A stretch of DNA of 64,000 bases, from positions 9,949,751 to 10,013,750 of the forward strand of contig OZ037773.1 of the NCBI GenBank assembly GCA_964035545.1, written 5' to 3'. Source of the DNA: Bugula neritina (taxonomy: Eukaryota > Animalia > Bryozoa). The notes under the pieces are model-generated. The model ran no database searches. It saw only the letters and a program-made list of their open reading frames with translations, and had not been told where the DNA came from. Shown piece by piece: positions 1 to 13,074 of the stretch. The translations under genes were made by a program, and so were the position numbers. The first letter of the stretch is position 1. Every line of letters starts with the position of its first letter.

Positions 1-471
1 ATTTCAAAAAATAATGGCTAATAAATTGTAAAAGGCCAACTTAGATAAAAGTTTTAAAGAATATAATAGTGTTCAGCATTCAATATTTTTAAGTAGCAAG
101 CTTGCAGTGTGCTTTATTTTTGAAATGCTTTTCTGGAAGGCTCAAATATACATGCTCGTAAAATATTATTCCAATAATTTCCGTTCACACATTAATCAAC
201 TCACTTATAATGAACTCAAACTAACGCATTAAACCTGAAATAATCAACAAAGGCTCAAAACTTTCATTTAACAGAGTTGAAATTAACCTCTATGTTTATA
301 TAAGGTTTTCCAACACTTTGTACTTAAAACTTTCAGTTAACTGCAGTTAAAGAATGAATCATTGGTGTTGTATCACTATGGTGACAGGTAAACATATAAT
401 TTTTTCTGATATAGTCTGCATTTAATAGGGTAGCTTTTCATATGCTGAAACAACTTATTGATCGATTACAG

Positions 472-609
472 TTGATGGAGGCTGGTCATACTGGCCCAAC
501 TGGTCCAGAAGTTACAGAGGCAAAGTCCAGACCAGAACCAGAACCTGTAGCAGACCTCACCCAAGATGTGGAGGAAGATACTGCAGAGGACCCAAGAGCC
601 AAACCAGAT
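472..609 (+). pseudogene. G0: TSR2 exon of a small Tyr/Arg-rich TSR paralog; 5' exons lie outside the window and the 3' end is disrupted
   Basis: 138-nt exon ttacag|TTGATGGA...ACCAGAT|gtgagt encodes VDGGWSYWPNWSRSYRGKVQTRTRTCSRPHPRCGGRYCRGPKSQTR. The expected last exon is present only in inverted form at ~630-650, with its acceptor AG changed to AA. Confidence 0.7.
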
Positions 610-1924
610 GTGAGTTTCACAAAATAATATTATAATACCCAGAGTTTACAGCAAGAAAACATGTTCACGGTTAGAAAACTCTCAGGTTAATAGTTTGTAA
701 ATTCTCTGCAGATTAACTAATTAGCAAATTTTATGTATATACAGCAAATTTTATTAAATCTTATTGCAGTGAAACATATTGACATAATGATTTAATATGG
801 GAATACTAGCTTCTATGTGTAATAAATAATAATATGACTTTCCTTTAATACAAGATCATTATTTTCATTCAAATTTTTCATAAATTGAATGGTATATAAT
901 TTTTATTTATTTAATTTTTGAAGAAAATTTGCTTCAAAATTAATTACCAAAATTAAAAAAAATTGGAAATAAATTTGATATTATTATAGGCTGTTATTTT
1001 ATACTAAACATAATATAGTACCTGATAATAACAAGTATACCTGAATACTTATTATATGAGCAGGTTTACTGGATCTTTTCACTTAAACCTATAACATGTA
1101 TGTGACATGAAGGATATAATAATGTGAATAGATGTACACCGGATACTAACAATAAATTGAATGGTATTACATTATTATTACGTAATGTAATACCAGTAGG
1201 TAAAAAATGCTTTGCTTAGTTAAGTAAAGTGAAACAGCAAGTGCACGTTACATAATTAGGAAAGTATCATACTTCTTGTGTGTAGCATGGAGAGAAATTG
1301 TCTCCTTTACCAATTCTCAAGTTCCCAGGTTTGGGAAGAAAAGTCAAAGGAAACGAAAAGAAGCTAAACTCAAATTTAAAGATGTAGCAGGATGGGAATA
1401 AGTTGTGAAGAAGCTGAGAGAGTATAGATATATTGAGTAGATGGAGGTGTCCTGGCGAACATTAGACAACAACTTACTGGCTCTTTTATAAATAAATTTA
1501 CTCTCGTGAGTATTGTAAAATGCTCATAGAAGATATTCTCCTTGATGAGAACTTTGCATATGTAAAAATATCTAAAAGTATCATTCTGCTTGTTTTTTTT
1601 TTGGTATAAAATACCAATTGGGTGGTTTTTAAGACATAATTTACAGCAGATATATTACTGTATAAAAGCAAACCTTCCATGTTCTACTTTGCAACTTTTC
1701 AAAAAACTTTGCTGATAAGAGAAACAAAATAATATATTTAAATGCTAAACTGTTTATTTAGATTCAACATAACAAAGTTGGATAACAAATTTCATTAAAA
1801 GTTCATTAGCAATAAACAACATTCAACAAATCAATTAATCAAACAGTCTTGAAGTCATTGTGTGAATATCTAGTCCTGGTTTCTTCATGTGAAATGACTT
1901 TCACGGGTCGGGTTTGGGAGGTGT

Positions 1925-4257
1925 TTAGTAGTATCCAGAGTCTGCAAGAATTGAATACATTTGATTTGTCTTCATACAATGTATTACCTTATTGTGTTTA
2001 TTAGATATCATAAAATTATAATATGTACTTATTTTCAAGCATTTATCTGTATTGTGATTAAAATAATATACAACTCTGCATGTCCAACTTTTAGCCTGTT
2101 ATATTGCACTTTATTCAAAATATCTACTAATTTACTATTGTACAAAACTGTACTTTTGCTTGAATTAAATTGCTACAAATTTATTTAGTTTATGAATTTC
2201 CAAGTGCATGAAATTTTGCATAGCAGTTAGTTTTTAAACAAAACAACAAAATACGCTATATGTTTCTTGTATTACTCTTTCATATTCTATCTCTCGGTAG
2301 CATATTTTAGCATTCTATTGTTCCTGTCAGTTGTTAACTGTTGAGCAGAATTATGCTTAGTAAATGAGTTAAGACAATTGACATATGATGTCTATAAATA
2401 CATTTGACTCACATCTGGTTTGGCTCTTGGGTCCTCTGCAGTATCTTCCTCCACATCTTGGGTGAGGTCTGCTGCAGGTTCTGGTTCTGGTCTGGACCTT
2501 GCCTCTGTAACTTCTGGACCAGTTGGACCAGTATGACCAACCTCCATCAACTGTAATCAATCAATAAGTTCCTTTAGCATGTGTGAAGTTAGATTATTAT
2601 TTGTAAACTACCTATCATATAAGTTATATACTCAATACCATTGTGGTGAGACAATAACTATAATATAGCTGATAATAGTGGAAAATATTGCATACTTTAA
2701 GTCCTTTTTACCGGAATGTGCTTTTAGTTTGCACATTCAATGACTTGATTACATATATAGCTCTTCTAAACATATTTATCGCTTGCTATCTATAGTTGCC
2801 CTGACAACAGCATAGCATCAAAGAACCGTTACTAAGAGTTATTCACTAACCTGGGCAACATCCGTAGTTGCAGTATCTAGTCTCGTATGATTTGCCATAA
2901 CATCCTCTGCTGCTGCTGCCGTGGTGGTATCCATATCTAGTCAGGCATCTTCTTGATCGGCTTTGAGTTCCAGTACCACAAGTCTTAGAGCATCTGGACC
3001 AGCTGCTCCAGCTTCCCCAGTATCGGTATGCTAAAATATAATTTATTTGTTAGAGAAAATGCATGTGCAATAATAACTCAAAGACTATATGTAGTAGTGG
3101 CTGCATCTTAAAATATTTAGCATTAGTGACTAACTTATTATAGCAAAACAAAATTTGAATATCAATTATGTTACTTATTGCTTATAAATCAAATCCAAAT
3201 ATATTTGTGCATAAAATGCTATCAGAATGATAATTTAAAAACTGGTAGTCTTAAATTTATTGCTCAAATGCATAAAAAGAAATTAATGACGAATGCATAA
3301 CATATATACAAATTTTGTAGCTACATTCAAGTTGTTCAAATGACGTATGAAGTGCAACCAAAATAAATTTCCTTAACTTCTGCACACATAAATTTTGACT
3401 ACCTACATTTTCCGTGAGAACCTTTATGAGGGCTGTAGTATCCGCTGGCTGCAATGCATCCTAAAAACATAAACCATAATGAATGTTATTTCAAAGGGAT
3501 TTTAAGTTTGAACTAAGAATGATATTTTATTTAAATTTATTAATTTCATCAGATGAAACCAAAGTTAGCGTAGGAAAAACACAGTTATTGCAGTTTTACA
3601 AAACGTAAACTCACCAATGATGCCTGCAAGGAGGAGAACGATCAAAACTTTTCGGTCTGAAATTATACAAACAATTATGGTAAAATGATAAAGCATTAAT
3701 TGAATAAAGAATAAAAAATATTTCAACATTGTAATTTTTTTGCAGCTTTTGAACACTCTTCATGTTGTTTTGTGATTTTATTTTACACTCTGGTAAAGTT
3801 TGGCTCAAAAACATTAACACTAAATATATATGTGAAATGATATTTTTATAAATTTTATTTATATAATTATTGTGTAGAGGTAAAATACTTCAAATAAAAA
3901 TTATAGAAGTGCTAGAACAGTCTATTAATTAAAACATTTCTTTTTTCTTTGCATGTAACATTGTAGCACACAATGTCTTCAAAAAGTTGCTGTAAGAAAG
4001 TTTAGTTCAAGTTTACTGCTTTACAAAAATTTTTAAAAATTATAACTAGGTAAATTATTGGTTATTTAAATATTTAAGTGAAAAATTATCACTTACAAAA
4101 CCGATTTTACTACTGCCCAATAAGATTGCAATGTGAAAATCAAGTTTTAGTTGCTTTTCACAAATTCAAATCAATATATTAAGTGTTGTTATAAATTTAA
4201 AAGTAAAAATAATATAATATTAAAAAATCAAAAAACACCCTATATCAACTTACCCAT
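1925..4257 (-). CDS. G1: secreted small basic Tyr-rich protein with TSR1 + reduced TSR2, 144 aa
   Basis: Exons 4254-4257, 3615-3656, 3407-3460, 2851-3030, 2413-2550, 1925-1941, all GT-AG and phase 1. MDRKVLIVLLLAGIIGCIAASGYYSPHKGSHGKSYRYWGSWSSWSRCSKTCGTGTQSRSRRC...CNYGCCPVDGGWSYWSNW...QTRYSGYY*. TATA at 4327-4333; AATAAA at ~1753-1758. Confidence 0.92.
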
Positions 4258-4500
4258 GATGCTTTGGGTGGTAGTTTAGATTTCAGCTGAATCTGAGACT
4301 ATGATTTGAGATGCAAAACTCTCTCCTTATATACTCTAGAAAAGTCATCAATCTTTCACATTAATTCTTTGATTTGACGGCTCACTTCTAAATAAGGAAA
4401 CACTGCTGTAATTTATCACAAATAATGTTTATCTGTACGCGTGAGGAAAAGGAAGAAATATTTATTTGATTGATATAGTTGGTGAGTTAATTTGGTATCA
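4258..4500 (-). promoter_or_regulatory. G1 5'UTR and promoter (conserved cluster promoter block)
   Basis: TATATAA about 70 nt upstream of the ATG; block nearly identical in G2-G5. Confidence 0.75.
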
Positions 4501-5216
4501 GTTTGTGTCTATATGAATATAATTACGTGCAGTATCTCTAGACACAATAATACTATATGATTTATTATGAAGGATTGTGTTACAAACTTAAATCTAAATA
4601 ACGCTCTAGCTCTAAAGTCATGAAACTACTTGATTTTAAATAACTATCCTACATTTTGGTAAAACTATTTAGATTTTGCTAACATCTTATTTTGACATTG
4701 AAGTTAGGTTTACATGCTTTTTTATTTTCAATTTCAATTTTTCGAAACATGTAGTTCATTTTAGATAAATGGCAACTTTTTAATTAAAATTTGTATCTGT
4801 TGCCAAAGTAATTTTTACACAAAAATTTATCTAATAGTTTGAGAAAAGTGCAATTAGAACTTTTAGCCTAATTAGGCAGAATACTGTATTTCAAAAAAAA
4901 ATTTTGCAATCATAATACTTTAGCACTTTATTAGGACTGCAGCTTTACATCCTCTGACAGTATAAAACAGATACATCCTCCATTTTATTCAGGATCTGTG
5001 GTCATGCAATTTAAGGAAGGAAACAATGTGTCTTGTGCTTAACTCTAATTAATAGCTTTGTGTATATATATCACTAATTATCACGTAGACTTATACTTCT
5101 ACTCCTTGTAGGTAGTCAAATAGCAGTCTATCAGATTAGTGAAAAGGTCTTTCGCAATAATTGTAGAGTACATTGATTACATTTTAGTCATGGTGCTATA
5201 AGTCAATTTTTCAGTA

Positions 5217-5292
5217 AAATTATATGGATATATATTTGAAATTATATGGATATATATTTGAAATTATATGGATATATATTTGAAATTATATG
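5217..5292. repeat. 22-bp tandem repeat (GAAATTATATGGATATATATTT), about 3.5 copies
   Basis: Directly visible. Confidence 0.85.
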
Positions 5293-5589
5293 TTTATATG
5301 CTGAATCTATATAGAACAAACAATTACAGCATCAAGCTCAAGGTATATACCTGTCAAACTTTTATGATGTCATTACGATGATGACTGATGCAGATAAATT
5401 TTATGATATATAAGCTGCTGCTAATCAAAGATTCATATTATCAGTTCATCTGCAGCTTCTTTTCAATTTAGGCTGAGCATCCTAATGAAAGGAGGAAATG
5501 TTTTTCCAACTAGCCATTTTCGACAAATAATTGAGTATGGAGCAGACATTTCTACTTGTTATAAATAAAATAGTTAGATTTCTAGCACG

Positions 5590-6097
5590 GTGTTTTGACA
5601 GTGTTATACAGTGCTGTGACAATGTTATACAGCGTTGTGACAATGTTATACAGTGTTGTGACAATGTTATACAGTGTTGTGACAATGTTATACAGTGTTG
5701 TGACAATGTTATACAGCAATGCGACAATGTTATACAGTGTTGTGACAATGTTATACAGTGTTGTGACAATGTTATACAGTGTTGTGACAATGTTATACAG
5801 TGCTGTGACAATGTTATACAGTGTTCTGACAATGTTATACAGTGTTGTGACAATGTTATACAGTGTTGTGACAATGTTATACAGTGAATTGTGACAATGT
5901 TATACGGTGTTGTGACATTGTTATACAGTGCTGTGACAATGTTATACAGTGTTCTGACAATGTTATACAGTGTGGTGACAATGTTATACAGTGAATTGTG
6001 ACAATGTTATACGGTGTTGTGACAATGTTATATAGTGTTGTGACAATGTTATACAGTGTTGTGACAATGTTATACATTACTGTGACAATGTTATACA
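5590..6097. repeat. 21-bp minisatellite (TGTGACAATGTTATACAGTGT), about 24 copies
   Basis: Directly visible; explains the four repetitive ORFs at 5482-6158. Confidence 0.95.
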
Positions 6098-9000
6098 TGC
6101 ACTGCTGTATTATATAGGATGCAATACTAAAGCTACTTCTAGCTACTTTGCAGCCCAAAATACCCTATGAATAATATAGCAAACAATTATACATATTACT
6201 ATTAGTGTAATTGACATGTATATAGTATACTATAGACATTTGTTTTTAAAGAAATTAGAAAAATATTGCACTTGAAAATAATTAATATGACTATTATTCT
6301 TCTTTCATTTCTTCCACTTTTTTAAAACATGTTTTATTATTGAGCACTTCCTATTAACAACAATTGATAGTTGCATAAACCAAACATTCATGCAGTTCAT
6401 GTCATCTGTACAAACAAATCAAAAATCAAATTAATTATGAATGTAAATTAAAATTTACATAATTAAAACACACTATTTCAATAAAAAGCTTTATTAGTCT
6501 TTTAGGGTTTCTGTACTACTTTAAACAAAACACATGGAAATGGACAATTAGGGCTCATAAACCAATATAGTAAAGTTTTTAATTAAAAAAACAGGCATAT
6601 AGCAGATTACAGGTGATGAAGGATCATGGGCTTTTAATGAAATTTTTTGGTATCTTTATTCTGCTTCTACTTCCTATTCTTTTATCACTTACTTTTTAAG
6701 CTCTTCCTTTTTCTACCTGACAATTCTATGAATAAATGCTAAACTTTTTATGCATTATTATATAGTTGAGGTAAATAATAGAAAAGCCTCCGTGACCAAC
6801 ATTGAACTTTACAAAATCGGTTAGGATGATGCAAAAACTTGAGAATGTAAGAAATTGCAGAAGTATGTGTGTGAATGATTGGCATGAATCATTATGATGT
6901 CTTCCCAATTTCCTTTTCAGGTAAAAAGTAAAAAAAAGGTTTCATGGCTGTTATTTGTGTTTTATTTTGTTGAATACACTCATCATATCATTTAATACCC
7001 TGTGTATAATCTGTGGTCATTACCAATTGGTATAGGCTACATTCTGGCACCATGCTGTTAGCATTTTTTATTCTATTTTAACATTATATCAATTGACACA
7101 ACTGAAGTTATACTAACTATAATAGTGCTATAGCTGATGTAGAAACTACACTATCTAATAACTCAAACTATATCAGCTTGTAAACAATTAATTAACAATT
7201 ATAATATCAAGAAACAGCTGCAATGGTTGATAAAATTGTATATGACATGTTCGTATAAGAACAGTATTATGAATGCAACAATTTAGGCTAAACTATTTTT
7301 AATTTTGTGGTGTTGATTGCAATTTAGTAGATTATTCGAAAGTTTTATTATAAGAAAGTATAAAAACCCATCAAAACAAGACTCTTGTTCAAAATGAATG
7401 CTATACCATGACAAAAAGCTCAAACTCTCCCATGGGGGAGTTTGGTGTTAAATTTAAACACACAAAATTAAATACTATAATTTTATATGCTATATTATAT
7501 AATAATAATATATAGCTGATATTAATAATAATGTGAATTTTACTATAATATTGGTAATATTATATTATAGTACTGCACGCTATACTATAATAATTTATGC
7601 TAAATATTATAATAACTTATATTTTGAAATAATGCAAGTTGTAAAGACAGGCTGAAGACATGCATAACAACAATTATTCAATGTATAACTGGAAGCCAAG
7701 TACAAAGTGAATTGGAAAACTTCAGTGGTTAATTTCAACACTCTGAAATGCAATTGTTGAGCTAATTGTTGTCATTTATTTCAGTTTTAGGAGTTATTTT
7801 GATCAGCGACTTGCAACTGACTTGATTAATGTGAAAATATAAGAAGTAGTTGAAAATATATTTTAAAAGCACGAAGCATTAACTAAAATGTAATTGGTTC
7901 ACCTTTCCACTATTGCACAAGACCTTTTTAATTTAATCCGTTGAACTGCTATTTGACTACTCACAAAGAATCGTGTAGAAGTATAAGTCTATACGTGATA
8001 ATTAGTGGTCTACACAAAGCCATTAATTAGAGTTAGGCACAAAATAGATTGTTTCCTTCTTTAAACTGCATGGAGCTATAATAATCCTGAATGAAATGGA
8101 GGTTGCATCTGCATTATACTGTTGAAGGAAATAAGACTGCAGTTTTAATAAAGTGCTAAAGTATAGTACGATTGCAAAATTTTTACGCAATGCAGTATTT
8201 TGTGATTTTATAATTCTTATTATATACCTCCGATAATTCTTTTTCCAAGAACTTAAAAACTAAATTGTAGCTATTAGTATACAATGTAGATTACTTAAAC
8301 AGGGGGTAGATTAGTTCAACAATATGACATTTGCATTGACAGATATTTAACAGAGTCAAAAAATATAAATATTTTATTGCATAAGGAATGGGCATTATGA
8401 TTGAATTGTTAACATTTGAATAGGTTATATAATTTGAATATATGATTTTTTTTACATAAAGTGAATGTTTAAACACCATGCATAACAAATTATTAGTTAT
8501 ATAATAGCTATTTCTGCAGTAAACCGAAATTTTAACTAGTCGATTTTTTAAAAGTTTTTAATTTAATAGTATAGCTAAAATTTATCGCATGTTTTGATAC
8601 CGCAATTTGATAAAAAGCGCACTGTTGTTACAGTATTTTCTTAGAGTCAGCATGGGCAGCATGGTCAGCCTGATTTATGTATTCAACCAATAAAATTTTC
8701 TTTTAGCTAATTTCTCAATGGTGCATAAATACTGTGAAATTCGAATATGCAGCAAAACAAATGCCTAAGATTTTCAAGGAATTACCAAATGAACTGCATA
8801 TCGCAGTTCATTTTCAAAGCTGTTTTATTAAAATAAAATATTATTGGTTTAGCAGTAAAACCACACATTGGCTATTAGAATAAGTGTACATAGAATGCTT
8901 CTATATCAGCTTGAGAAGATAAGTTGTATATTTTGTACTATTTGTAAAAGATTTTTGTGTAAGAAATAGTTAGTTTTAGCAATATAACAAAAATGATTAA

Positions 9001-9319
9001 AAAGTTGCTGTATGTTTGTCCGACAACTGCGTGTTTTAGAAATTAAAGATAAAAATAAAGAGGCAAATATAAAGCCTTACTTTAAGATCAGAATGAGCTG
9101 TTAACAAAATATAAATATAGTTTCACCAAAGTGTAGGACATTTAATTGAAAGCAAGTTACCTAGCTTTATAACTTTAGAGCTAAAGCATTAATTTATAGA
9201 TTTATTTAATAAAATTGATACACAGTTTTTTATAATAAATCATGATATAATATACTGTAATTATATTCGTATATATTCATAACAGTATAATATGATACCG
9301 TGATTATGTTTGTATGAAC

Positions 9320-9566
9320 ACAAACTGACACCAAATTATCTCACCAACTATCAATCAAATAAATATTTCTTCCTTTTCCTCACGCGTACAGATACACAAA
9401 ATTTGTGATAAATTACAGCAGTGTTTCCTCATTTAGAAGTGAGCCGTCAAATCAAAGAATTAATGTGAAAGATTGATGACTTTTCTAGAGTATATAAGGA
9501 GAGAGTTTTACATCTCAAATCATAGTCTCAGATTCAGCTGAAATCTAAACTACCACCCAAAGCATC
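9320..9566 (+). promoter_or_regulatory. G2 promoter and 5'UTR
   Basis: TATATAA 9491-9497, ATCAATCAA 9350-9358, CACGCG 9381-9386; conserved across paralogs. Confidence 0.75.
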
Positions 9567-12119
9567 ATGGGTAAGTTGATATAAGGTGTTTTTTTTTCTT
9601 TAATATTATATTATTTTTACTTATAAATTTATAACAACACTTAATATATTAACTTGAATTTGTGAAAAGGAACTAAAACTTGATATTCACGTATTGAGCA
9701 GTGGTAAAATCAGTTTTGTAATGATAATTTTTCACTTAAATATTTAAATAACCAATAATTTACCTAGTATTTTTTAAAATTTAAAAAAAAACAGTAAACT
9801 TAAACTAAACTTTTTACAGCAACTTTTTGAAAACATTGTGTGCAGCAATGTTATACATGCAAAAAAAACAGCAATGTTTTAGTAGACTTTCATAGCACTT
9901 CTATAATTTTTACTTGAAGTATTTTATCCCTACACAATAATTATATATAAATGAAATTTATAAAAATTTCACATATATTTTTAGTGTTTATGTTTTTGAG
10001 CCAAACTTTAATAGAGTTTTAAATGAAATCACAAAACAACATGAAGAGTGCTTAAAAGCTGCATAAAATAACAATGTTGAATTATTTTTTATTCTTAATT
10101 CAATTATTGCTTTATCATTTTACCATAATTGTTTGTATAATTTCAGACCGAAAAGTTTTGATCGTTCTCCTCCTTGCAGGCATCATTGGTGAGTTTACAG
10201 AAAATTTTTAAATCTAGTCATTATTGAAGTTAAATACGTTTTGTAAAACTGCAATAACTGTGTTTTTCCTACGCTAACTTTGGTTGATCTGATGAAATTA
10301 ATAAATTTAAATAAAATATCATTCTTAGTTCAAACTTAAAATCCTTTTGAAATAACATTTCTATGGTTTATGTTTTCAGGATGCATTGCAGCCAGCGGAT
10401 ATTACAGCCCTCATAAAGGTTCTCACGGAAAATGTAGGTATTCAAAATTTATGTGTGTAAAAATAAAGGAAATTTATTTTGGTTGCACTTCATGAGTCGT
10501 TTGAACAACTGGAATGAAGCTACAAAATTTGTATATATGTTATGCGTTCGTCATTAATTTCTTTTTATGCATTTGAGCAATAAATTTAAGACTACCAGTT
10601 TCTAAATTATCATTCTGATAGCATGTTATGCACAAATATATTTGAATTTGATTTATAAGCAATAAGTAACATAATTGATATTCCAATTTTGTTTTGCTAT
10701 AATAAGTTAGTCACTAATGCTAAATATTTTAAGATGCAGCCCCTACGGCATATATAGTCTTTGAGTTATTATTGCACATGTATTTTTTCTAACGAATAAA
10801 TTATATTTCAGCATACCGATACTGGGGAAGCTGGAGCAGCTGGTCCAGATGCTCTAAGACCTGTGGTACTGGAACTCAAAGCCGATCAAGAAGATGCCTG
10901 ACTAGATATGGATACCACCATGGCAGCAGCAGCAGAGGATGTTACGGCAAATCATACGAGACTAGATACTGCAACTACGGATGCTGCCCAGGTTAGTGGA
11001 TAACTCTTATAAATACGTAATGGATTTTTGTTGCTATGCTATTGTCAAGGCAACTATAGATAGCAAGCGATAAATATATTTAGAAGAGCTATATGTAATC
11101 AAGTCACTGAATGTGCAAACTAAAAGCACATTTCGGTAAAAGGGACTTAAAGTATGCAATATTTTCCACTATTATTTGCTATATTATAGTTATTGTCTCA
11201 CCACAATAAAAAACTCACGCAAGTTTAGAGTCACTATCCCTGTGAGAAACCCCTGATGGAAAGGGTTTTTGTTAGAACGGGCTAAGGACTTATTTAAATG
11301 AGGCACAGGAGCAATTATGACTGGATGCTCTTCCTAACATTACCAATGGCCTTTGTCAGGGCTCGAACCCATGACCTTCGTGTTTACTAGGCAAACGCTC
11401 TAACCCCTAGACCACGGCTGCTCCCTCACCACAATGGTATTGAGTATATAACTTATATGATAGGTGGTTTACAGATAATAATGTAACTTCACACATGCTA
11501 AAGAAACTTATTGATTGATTACAGTTAATGGAGGCTGGTCCTACTGGTCCAACTGGTCCAGAAGTCACCACAGCAAGGTCCAGACCAGAACCAGAACCTG
11601 TAGCAGACCTTACCCAAGATGTGGAGGAAAATACTGCAGAGGACCCAAGAGCCAAACCAGATGTGAGTCAAACGTATTTATAGACATCATATGTCAGTTT
11701 TTCAACTCATTAGCATAATTTTTTTCGCCAATCAATAAGTGACGGGGACTAAAGCATGCTGAAATGTGCTACTTATGAATTAAATATACAAGCAGAGCAA
11801 TATAGGGAACCTAACGTACTCTGTTGTTTTGGTTGAAACTTCACTGCTAAGCAAAGTTTCATTTAGAAATAAGCAATTAAATATTGTTTGGTAATTTTAT
11901 TAAAAAAATTCTATTTTGTAAAATGGTTAATGTTTTAAACAAAGTGTATAATAACTGGGTTAGTAAATCTAGACTGGCTAAATGTTGGACATGCAGAGTT
12001 GTATAATATTTTAATCACGATACAGATAATTGCTTGAAAATAATAAACACAATAAGGTAATACATTGTATGAAGACAAATCAAATGTATTCAATTCTTGC
12101 AGACTCTGGATACTACTAA
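9567..12119 (+). CDS. G2: secreted small basic Tyr-rich protein with TSR1 + reduced TSR2, 144 aa
   Basis: Exons 9567-9570, 10147-10188, 10380-10433, 10812-10991, 11525-11662, 12103-12119; intact frame ending YSGYY*; AATAAA 12284-12289. Confidence 0.92.
11208..11424 (-). mobile_element. tRNA-derived SINE, 217 bp, in G2 intron 4
   Basis: 11-bp TSD CTCACCACAAT (11197-11207 and 11425-11435); G1 and G3 carry the empty site. Minus strand has A-box TGGTCTAGGGG, B-box GGTTCGAGCC and a T-run 3' end. Confidence 0.93.
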
Positions 12120-13074
12120 ACACCCTCCAAACCCGACCCGTGAATGTCATTTCACATGAAAAAACCAGGACTAGATATTCACAATAACTTCAAGACCGTT
12201 TGTTCAATTGATTTATTGAATGTTGTTTATTGTTAATGAACTTTTATTGAAATTTGTTATTCAGCTTTGTTATGTTGAAACTAAATAAACAGTTTGGCAT
12301 TTAAATATATTTTGTTGTTTCTTTTATCAGCAAAGTTCTTGAAAATCAATGCAGGGTACAAACTAGAACATGGAATACCTGCTTTCATATTGCAAAATAT
12401 CTGCTGCAAATTACTTCATAAAAAACACTCAGTTAGCGTTTTATGCTGACAAAAATAAGCGGAATGATAATAATAGATATTTTTACAAATGCAAAGTTGT
12501 AATCATGGAGAATAACTTTCACTAGTTAAAATAATACTCATAAAAGTGAATTTACCAATAAGAAAGTCTGTAAGTTCTTGTCTGCTGCATGTTTGCCAAG
12601 ACACTCCTATATATTCACTACATCTCTCAGCTTCTTCACAACTTATTCACTTCTTGCTACATCTTTAGGTTTGAGTATATAACTTAGTCCTGTTTCCTTT
12701 GAGTGTTCTTTTCCAAAAATTGTAATTTGAGAATTTTTTGAGGAGACAATTTCTCTTTATATCCTATACACACAAGAAATATACATGTAATATTTTCCTG
12801 GTCGGGAATAAGTTATTAAGTCACATGACTTGCTGTTTGACTTTAATGAATCAAACCAGGCAATTGTTATATCTAATGGTATTACATTGGATAATGTGAT
12901 ACCATTCGAGTTAGTGTTAGTATCCGTATTCGTGTACATTTATTCACATTATTATATCCTTCATGTCACATATTCATGTAGGTTTCATGCATCAAAAATT
13001 ATTACAAAATAATATGATGTTAGATAAAGCTATTTTATATTTGTGCTTTAAATACAATAGGTTAAAGATAAAAA

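Noticed and set aside
2369-2412. C-terminus 'CESNVFIDIICQ' given by the ORF track for G1-G3
   Set aside because: Intron read-through past a strong T|GTGAGT donor; a conserved YSGYY* exon with 3'UTR lies downstream.
5590-6097. CRISPR-like regular array
   Set aside because: Head-to-tail repeats without unique spacers, in eukaryotic DNA with no cas genes.
5482-6158. Repetitive ORFs (SQHCITL, CCDNVIQ, VTMLYSV)
   Set aside because: Products of a 21-bp minisatellite open in several frames on both strands; no splice or promoter context.
8205-8870. Extra segment upstream of G2 relative to G3
   Set aside because: Looks like an insertion, but I could not identify TIRs or a TSD, so it is not called as an element.
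9567-12119. Assigning names such as properdin, hemicentin, ADAMTS or SCO-spondin
   Set aside because: Only the TSR module and one junction motif are shared; size and architecture do not match, so no gene symbol is given.
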